Shown in pieces: positions 57,823 through 64,000 of a DNA stretch of 64,000 bases. This stretch comes from Candidatus Latescibacterota bacterium (GTDB lineage: Bacteria; Latescibacterota; UBA2968; GCA-2709665): positions 3,456,001 through 3,520,000 of the forward strand of contig OZ252100.1 in NCBI GenBank assembly GCA_965248435.1, written 5' to 3'. Position 1 is the stretch's first letter; each line of letters begins with the position of its first letter. The notes beneath the pieces are model-generated. The model searched no databases and was not told the origin of the DNA. It saw only the letters and a program-made list of their open reading frames with translations. The translations under genes and the position numbers were made by a program.

Positions 57823-58199
57823 TCTCTTCTCCAACACCCCGCTTAAGTTTTAGCTGCCTGGATAGTTGTACGATCCTGTGAGGTAGTTATTATACGATTT
57901 GAGATAGATGCTTATCAAGTTCTCGGACATTTAAATTCGTATCACTATGTTGAATATGTCGCCATGCGCCAAACCAAGTCCATGACGATATGCTCGGGGC
58001 GACTCTTAGAGTGGCACGATTCATTTCTTCTACGGCTTAGTGGTAGGCTATTTGCTCAACATATGATTCCAGTTGTTTTGTCCCTTTTACGTCAGACTGT
58101 TACTTCAGGAATTGAGAACAATTAGCGACTTCCTCAGTGTGAACATCCCTTTGAACATCCGAACTCCTAATTCGCATCCACTCAAGACTCTGCCCATCG

Positions 58200-58538
58200 C
58201 TATGTGCGATCCTCGTTGATTTTTCCAGTGGCTCGGTACCTGGCCAGTCTCCTGCGCACGACTCGACGTAGCTTTCGGTCTGGATCGTTGCGAAGGCCTT
58301 CCATTACGGATAGGACCTCCGACTCCCGAGCTTTCGGAGAACCGTCGATCAGGGTGTGGAACGCGATTCTTCGCACGCTCAGATCGGGGTCAGATGTCAA
58401 TTCGAAAATCCGGTCCCAAACCCTCGGGTCGTCCATCTTGATCTCGCAAGGGCAAAGGTCTCTGGCCGCTTGCTTACGAACTCTGTGGTCTGGATCGTGA
58501 GTATCACTCAGGAGATCATCTATCGTTCGCGTTTCCAC
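58200..58538 (-). CDS. small HEAT-repeat protein with CPC motif
   Basis: DPDHRVRKQA, DPDLSVRRIA, DPDRKLRR repeats; LCPC. Confidence 0.8.
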   Translation of the reverse strand: METRTIDDLLSDTHDPDHRVRKQAARDLCPCEIKMDDPRVWDRIFELTSDPDLSVRRIAFHTLIDGSPKARESEVLSVMEGLRNDPDRKLRRVVRRRLARYRATGKINEDRT

Positions 58539-58541
58539 GGT

Positions 58542-58847
58542 TCAGTACTCCGCAGGCGTGTATATGTTCAGTGTCTCGAGGGGTCGATCGCTGGTGTTCA
58601 CGATTTCGTGGGTTTCGCCCGCCTCTACGAGGAGGAGCGTTCCGGATTGGAGATCGGTCTGTTTCTCTCCCACGATGGCCCTGCCCTCACCCGAGATGAC
58701 ATAGAGCCACTGATCACTTTGGCGGTGCTTATTGTGTGGTCCTCCCGTTGCCTCCCTGGCTTCGAGGACCATGGTTGCGGCCTGCCCGCGGTCTGTCGTG
58801 GCCAGGATCCGAAAGCCGCTCTCTGGTTCGATTTGAAGACGCTTCAT
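58542..58847 (-). CDS. cupin domain protein
   Basis: N.H..SDQWLYVISGEG; GETHEI.N; TLNIY.P. Confidence 0.88.
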   Translation of the reverse strand: MKRLQIEPESGFRILATTDRGQAATMVLEAREATGGPHNKHRQSDQWLYVISGEGRAIVGEKQTDLQSGTLLLVEAGETHEIVNTSDRPLETLNIYTPAEY

Positions 58848-58896
58848 CAAAGTGCTCCTTCGGCCGCCATTTAGGGTCGATGGTTGACATGGAAAC

Positions 58897-59039
58897 AAAT
58901 CCCCCCTGCCCCCCTTTTCCGAAAGGGGGGAGATTGCTCTTTCTGAAAAGAGTACCCATCCAGGAATAGATTCTTCCCCCTTTGCAAAAGGCCTGTCCCG
59001 AGCGAGCTTGCGAGTCGAGGGAGGGATTGAGGGGGATTT
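58897..59039. repeat. REP/REPIN-like composite palindromic element
   Basis: AAATCCCCC...GGGGGATTT termini; CCCCCTTT/AAAGGGGG hairpin in the left arm. Confidence 0.75.
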
Positions 59040-59048
59040 CAGAATGCA

Positions 59049-60632
59049 TCACAGATTTCTTTCGCCGGTGACCTCCGCCTCACAGGCCTCGTATTTCCGA
59101 ATCAACTTGGCATAGATCTCCCGAGCATCGGGAGCCGGGTTGATGGCCGACCCGGAAACAGGATCTGCAAACCCCGACACGACCTCGTCCCAGGGCATTT
59201 CGTTTCCGGATTCAAGGAGGTAGCCGTGGGCCGCCCTCAACGCGGCGCCAAGGGCCGCGCTGTTTGTCGTTTCGAAGCGGTATACGGGGCATCCCTGGAC
59301 GTCGGCCATGACCTGCAGGATGTCTCGATTTCCCGAAGCGCCGCCCGTTGCATAAATCTTCGCGGTGCTGACGCCCATCCATTTCGCGTGGATGCGCATG
59401 GAGATCATTTGCGCCTCAACGACCGCCCTGCAGTTGCCTGAAATGTTGTCTTCCTCGAGCCCAATTCTTCTCACGCCCGGCTCGAGGACGTTCGGTACGA
59501 TCTCGGGTTCAAAATAGGGTAGCATGACCTTGCCGTCATTTCCAGGAGGCGCCGTAGACAACGCCCTGGAAAATCCGTCCCAGTCCAACCCAAAGGAATC
59601 TTTGACCTTTTCTCGCGCGAGGGATCCGTTCTTGAAGCAGATGAGCGTCATGTAGTCGCCTGTGGGCGAGACGAAGACGTGTCCCTCACCCCTCGGGTCA
59701 AAGCGGCAGTCCTTCATCGTTCCGAAATAGGTGTCGCTTGTTCCGAGGCTGATGGCGACCATGCCCTCCCGAATCAGACCCAGCCCGACCACGCTGTTTG
59801 GATTGTCGCCCGACCAGACCAGCGCCTTCGCGTTTGCGTTCAACTCGTATCTTTCAGCAAAGTAGGGACTGACGGAGCCGATGCACGTCCAGGATTCGGC
59901 CAGCGAAGGCAGACGGCCTTCCAGGCCGGGGGCCGTGGCCTCCAGCGCGCCGGCGTGCCACCGCCGTGTTCGGATATCCATCAGGTTCATACCTGCGCCA
60001 TCGCCGTGGTCGATCGGAGCGATCCTTCCTGCCATAAGGGAAGCCATGAACGAACTGACGAGCGCGATATGGTTTGTATCCTCGTAGGCAGCCGGCTCGG
60101 TCTTGAAGAACTTTCTGATCTGGGGTCCGGTGAAGCGCTCAAAGGTCGTCGACCCTGTGGCCTCTGCGGTCGCCCCAAGGCCGCCCAGCCCCTCGCATAT
60201 CTCACTGCATTCCCGGGTCGTGGATGAATCCATCCAAACCGGTGAGGTCTGCCGGGAAAAAACGCCCTCCAGGTTTTCCTTAAGGCTCTTCGAGGGATCG
60301 AGGCCCTCGAGGGCCTTTGCCGCCTCGTCGTTCAAGTAGACGGAACCGTGCTGCTGACCCGACCCGGATACGGCCAGGACCTCGCTCAGCCTCACTCCCG
60401 CGTCGCTCATCTTCTCGAACAGGACATCCAGCGCCTCCACCCATATCAGGGGTGGAGTGTGGACGACCCTGGGGTCCTGATGAGGGAGCACGCCATTCTG
60501 TGTCCCGTAGGAGGGAAACGTTTCGTCGAACCCGACCGAATCTTCGTAGACGATTTCTCGGCTCGTGAGATCTATAACGACCGCGGTGAGGCTCTGCGTG
60601 CTCGAGTCGAGCCCCAGGAACAACCTGCTCAT
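59049..60632 (-). CDS. FGGY-family carbohydrate kinase (eukaryote-like xylulokinase)
   Basis: LGLDSSTQS; SGSGQQHGSVY; WMDSST; ERFTGPQIRKF; GDNPNS; ISLGTSDT; CFKNGSLARE; FEPEIVP. Confidence 0.88.
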   Translation of the reverse strand: MSRLFLGLDSSTQSLTAVVIDLTSREIVYEDSVGFDETFPSYGTQNGVLPHQDPRVVHTPPLIWVEALDVLFEKMSDAGVRLSEVLAVSGSGQQHGSVYLNDEAAKALEGLDPSKSLKENLEGVFSRQTSPVWMDSSTTRECSEICEGLGGLGATAEATGSTTFERFTGPQIRKFFKTEPAAYEDTNHIALVSSFMASLMAGRIAPIDHGDGAGMNLMDIRTRRWHAGALEATAPGLEGRLPSLAESWTCIGSVSPYFAERYELNANAKALVWSGDNPNSVVGLGLIREGMVAISLGTSDTYFGTMKDCRFDPRGEGHVFVSPTGDYMTLICFKNGSLAREKVKDSFGLDWDGFSRALSTAPPGNDGKVMLPYFEPEIVPNVLEPGVRRIGLEEDNISGNCRAVVEAQMISMRIHAKWMGVSTAKIYATGGASGNRDILQVMADVQGCPVYRFETTNSAALGAALRAAHGYLLESGNEMPWDEVVSGFADPVSGSAINPAPDAREIYAKLIRKYEACEAEVTGERNL

Positions 60633-60813
60633 TTCAATATTCTCCTGCAAAGGAAGGCAGATTTCGGATCAGAGTCAGATCCTGATGGCTTCGGAGGCCG
60701 AACCGGGCGACAAAATTGAAAGTTAGAGCCGGTGGACTGCGATGTCAATTGCTGATCCGGGAGGATCGGCCCGATATCGGTCGCGCCTGGACCCCCATTA
60801 TGGGAAAAAGCTC

Positions 60814-60842
60814 TTGACTGTGTATACAAGATGTTGTATTTT
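60814..60842 (+). promoter_or_regulatory. possible sigma70 promoter of smc
   Basis: TTGACT, 17 nt, TATTTT; TGTATACA palindrome in the spacer. Confidence 0.45.
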
Positions 60843-61006
60843 AGACACATCTGGAAGAGTTGTCATCGAATTGCACGTCACCGATTTCTTTTCCCCGGCT
60901 TTCTCCTCTCCCTGTACCTTGCCTTTCGATCTGTCTCGCCTGCAGACATCGCTTTCGAGTGCCCATTTCCGGGATGAGCTTTAGCGAATTCCCAGGAGGC
61001 TGACCC

Positions 61007-64000
61007 TTGTATCTTTCCCGTCTCTCAGCGGTCGGGTTCAAATCTTTTGCAGAACGGCTGGATTTGAAGCTCCAAAAGGGCATTATCTGCGTGGTGGGCC
61101 CCAACGGGTGCGGAAAGTCGAATGTGGTGGACGCCCTGAAATGGGCCCTGGGTGAACAGCGCCCGCGTTCTCTACGAAGCCACTCGATGGATGACGTGAT
61201 TTTTTCCGGGTCACGGACGCGAAAGCCGCTGGGTATGTCCGAAGTGTCCGTGACAATCGACAACTCCGATAGTTTGCTGCCCGTGGAGTTTTCAGAGGTG
61301 ACGGTCACTCGAAGGCTGTTCCGGTCCGGGGAGAGTGAATACCTGCTGAACAAACTCCCGTGCCGGCTCAAAGACATCCACAACCTGTTCATGGACACCG
61401 GGCTGGGGGCTTCTCACGCCTATGTGATCGAACAGGGAATGGTGGACGAGATCATCAGCGACAAACCGGAAGAGCGCAGGCGGCTTTTCGAAGAAGCGGC
61501 GGGCGTTACTCGATACAAGGTCCGTCGAAGGTCGGCGTGGAACAAGCTGCAGTCGATTCAGCAAGATCTGGTCCGGCTGGACGATATCATCACGGAAGTG
61601 GATCGGCAGGTGAACTATCTGGCCAGACAGGAGCGGAAGGCCAGGTTGTACAAGACGCGGTCAGACGAGCTCAGAGGGCTGGAAATTCTGCTGGCACGAT
61701 TCCGTTTCTTCGAGATGTCCGATCGCTCGCGACCGATGCTGGATGAGATGGCTTTTCTGAAGGAAGACAGCGAAATCGGTCAGGCCGACGTTACCAAACT
61801 CGAGGCGAGGCTGGAAGCCGTCCGAGCCGAGCTGACCGACCAGGACCATGCCCTGGCTGCGGCCAACGCAGATGTGAGCCGCCACGTGGAGACCGTCTAC
61901 CGAAAAGACCGCGAGATTGCGGTGGCGAAAGAAGAATCCAGGAGTATCGATGCCTTTCTTTCTCGCTCTGCTGAGAGGCAGGATGAACTGGGCGCCCGGG
62001 AGGAACTGGCGGTTCAGGCGCAGGAGGCTGCAGAAAAAGGCAGGCGGGAGGCCGTGGGCGCGCTGGAAGAGACCGAGATCGCTCTTCAGAATGAAGAGAC
62101 GGCCCTTGAAAGGGCCGCTGAGATGCTGGAGACGGCCAGGTCTGTGGCAGACGATGAAAAAGCTATGCTGATCGATGCACTTCGTGAGCTGAGAGACCAG
62201 GGCGTATCGCTCGAGCGGGCCAGGACGGAGCTGAAAGGAGTCACCGACCAGCGGGGGCGTCTGAGTGAGGACCGGACCCGAGTGGAGGCGCGTCTCACGG
62301 AATCTAGGACGGAGGCTTCGAACGCGGCCCGACAGATTGTGGATGAAGAGCGGAAACTCGAAGAGCATAATGGGCTCAAGACGGCGCACGCCGAAGCAAA
62401 GGAGCGGTTGGAAAAGGACCTGTATGATCATATTGAACATCGGAACGGCGTGAAGACCCAGCTGGAGGCCGATGCCGCCCGGCTCGCCCTGCTGAAAAAG
62501 CTGCGCGAAGGGCTTGAAGGGTATTCGGCGGGTGTGCGTGAGCTGCTGAAGGGTGAATCCCCCGTTTCAGGACGAATACGGGGAGTTGTCGCGGATCTGG
62601 TCGTCGTTGAGTCGGACCACGAGTCTGCTGTGGAGGCGGCCCTGGGAAGGGCTCTGGAATGCCTGGTCGTGGATTCGACAGACGATGCTGTCGAGACGAT
62701 CGCATACCTCAGGTCGGGAAAACTGGGGGCGGCCGCGTTCCTGCCACTTGACAGGATGTCCCGAAGAAACGGCGTATCTTGGGAGGTCCCGACGGGTCCG
62801 GGCATCGTGGGCCGGGCTTCAGACCTGATTCTGTCCGAGGGGGGAAGTGCCGTAGGTGAACTGCTTCGCCGGTCCCTGGTCGTGAGGGACACAGAGGTGG
62901 CCCTGAACGTAGCAGACAAGATGGGTGAAGTCGGGGTCGATGTCGTGACGCTGAAGGGAGAGGTGTTTGCCGCGAACGGGACGGTTTACGGCGGGGCCAC
63001 CGACGGGCAGGAGACGGGGTTGATCGGCAGGGTAAAGCTGATCGAAAGGCTGGAGGCCAGCCTCGAGGCGGGCGAATCGCGGCGAGAATCTCTGGAGTTG
63101 GATATTTCACGATTGGAGCGGGCCCGCGAAGAGGAGACGGCGGCTTTAGATGTGGAGGAGGCAGTCCTGGAACGGTTGCGGAACCGCCTCGCCGGCCTGC
63201 ATCGAGACTCCGAAAATGCCTTTTCCGAAGTGGAGAGGCAGACGAAGGCCTCTGGGGAACTCAGGGAGGAAGCGGCGAGACTCGACCAGCGCGAGCGCCA
63301 GCTGCGCGTTGCGATCGCTGCTGCGGAGGAGGCCCTGAAGGTTCCGGAAGAAAAGCGCAGCCAGCACGAGACGGAGGCACAAAGATCGGATGAAGTCTTG
63401 CGGACTCTGGACGACGGGCGGCGAACCCAAGCGGAAAAAGTGTCGGCTCGCCGGGTAGAGATCGCTTCCTTTAGGGAACGCGTGTCGAATTTCGAGCGAG
63501 AGGCGCGGCGACAGGCTGAAGCCAGGGCCGAGCGGGTCAGGGAGCGCGACCAGCTGACAGAGGAGTGCGGGAAGAGCGAGAAACGAAGCGAACATCTGGC
63601 GGATGTGATAAAAAGCGGTTCAGAGGAACTGGAGGGGCTCAACCAGGTACGCCTTGAACTGGAAGGGAAACGCAGCAGCCAGGCTGAGCAACAGCAGGAA
63701 ATGGTGGGGTCAGCGGGAGAAATGGAAGAAGTGCTGCGTAAGAAACGGGCAGGGGTCACGGAAGGCACAGGGCGGCTTCACGGCCTGGAGGTGGAGCTGG
63801 CTGAACTGAAGACACGTGCGGAAGGGCTTCAAGAACGCATCCGCCGGGAATTCGAAGCGGACATCCAGACGCTCGGGCGGGTGGAAGATCCAGAATTCAG
63901 TGCTGACATCACAGATAAGAAGGTGATCGAGATTCAGGAACGGCTGCGCCGGATGGGGTCAGTCAACCTGGCGGCCCTGGAGGAGTACGATGTGCAGCGG
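61007..64000 (+). CDS. smc: chromosome segregation protein SMC (runs off the window end)
   Basis: absent from the ORF track; TTG start after GGAGG gives MYLSRLSAVGFKSFA...GPNGCGKSNVVDA; Q-loop IEQG; hinge TLKGE....G...GG; ends ...GSVNLAALEEY. Confidence 0.96.
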   Translation, partial: MYLSRLSAVGFKSFAERLDLKLQKGIICVVGPNGCGKSNVVDALKWALGEQRPRSLRSHSMDDVIFSGSRTRKPLGMSEVSVTIDNSDSLLPVEFSEVTVTRRLFRSGESEYLLNKLPCRLKDIHNLFMDTGLGASHAYVIEQGMVDEIISDKPEERRRLFEEAAGVTRYKVRRRSAWNKLQSIQQDLVRLDDIITEVDRQVNYLARQERKARLYKTRSDELRGLEILLARFRFFEMSDRSRPMLDEMAFLKEDSEIGQADVTKLEARLEAVRAELTDQDHALAAANADVSRHVETVYRKDREIAVAKEESRSIDAFLSRSAERQDELGAREELAVQAQEAAEKGRREAVGALEETEIALQNEETALERAAEMLETARSVADDEKAMLIDALRELRDQGVSLERARTELKGVTDQRGRLSEDRTRVEARLTESRTEASNAARQIVDEERKLEEHNGLKTAHAEAKERLEKDLYDHIEHRNGVKTQLEADAARLALLKKLREGLEGYSAGVRELLKGESPVSGRIRGVVADLVVVESDHESAVEAALGRALECLVVDSTDDAVETIAYLRSGKLGAAAFLPLDRMSRRNGVSWEVPTGPGIVGRASDLILSEGGSAVGELLRRSLVVRDTEVALNVADKMGEVGVDVVTLKGEVFAANGTVYGGATDGQETGLIGRVKLIERLEASLEAGESRRESLELDISRLERAREEETAALDVEEAVLERLRNRLAGLHRDSENAFSEVERQTKASGELREEAARLDQRERQLRVAIAAAEEALKVPEEKRSQHETEAQRSDEVLRTLDDGRRTQAEKVSARRVEIASFRERVSNFEREARRQAEARAERVRERDQLTEECGKSEKRSEHLADVIKSGSEELEGLNQVRLELEGKRSSQAEQQQEMVGSAGEMEEVLRKKRAGVTEGTGRLHGLEVELAELKTRAEGLQERIRREFEADIQTLGRVEDPEFSADITDKKVIEIQERLRRMGSVNLAALEEYDVQR

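Larger units (their letters stand above)
50585..57847 (-). mobile_element. putative decayed integron cassette array without integrase (CALIN-like island)
   Basis: unrelated same-strand genes, visibly more AT-rich than the flanks, attC-like whole or half sites at most gene boundaries. Confidence 0.6.

Noticed and set aside
50430-58200. Prophage or integrase-bearing island
   Set aside because: No integrase, transposase, phage structural gene or tRNA target is visible
60841-63768. Minus-strand ORFs of 185, 259, 163 and 260 aa
   Set aside because: Antisense shadows of smc, which the track missed because it has no stop in the window
1-64000. tRNA, rRNA or a recognisable riboswitch (e.g. Moco before moaB, glycine before AgcS)
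   Set aside because: I saw no convincing consensus by eye; a tRNAscan/Rfam run is needed to exclude them formally

Overview
GC-rich bacterial chromosomal window. The lineage is probably FCB-superphylum, Latescibacterota/Handelsmanbacteria-like. This is inferred from the YPNPFN FlgD-Ig/T9SS-type C-terminal domains, cohesin/dockerin modules, the UBact-proteasome operon and PhyH/FGE genes, and was not checked by search. Core content: rpsF-rpsR-rplI, FGE, a bifunctional nuclease and two large secreted proteins (1543 aa and 485 aa) behind a long, structured, repeat-containing leader. It also holds msrP, a complete arc-dop-ubact-prcB-prcA-pafA operon, maeB, UPF0182, a frameshifted AgcS symporter and an archaeal-type trmY. 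Further on are lolA, fliL, pyrE, a GNAT-NSAR-M20 D-amino-acid conversion operon, pyruvoyl ArgDC with a DHS-like gene, moaB, a sigma28-preceded SprA-like gene, flagellin, several oxidoreductases, a xylulokinase and the 5' part of smc. The least explained region is about 50.5-58.15 kb. It is a same-strand array of unrelated accessory genes: TIR-alpha/alpha barrel, nonsense-interrupted EamA, B12-radical SAM, orphan solute-binding protein, pentapeptide and ART-like. Their boundaries carry whole or half attC-like sites and there is no integrase, so it looks like a decaying integron cassette array (CALIN). All calls come from reading motifs by eye; no database searches were run.
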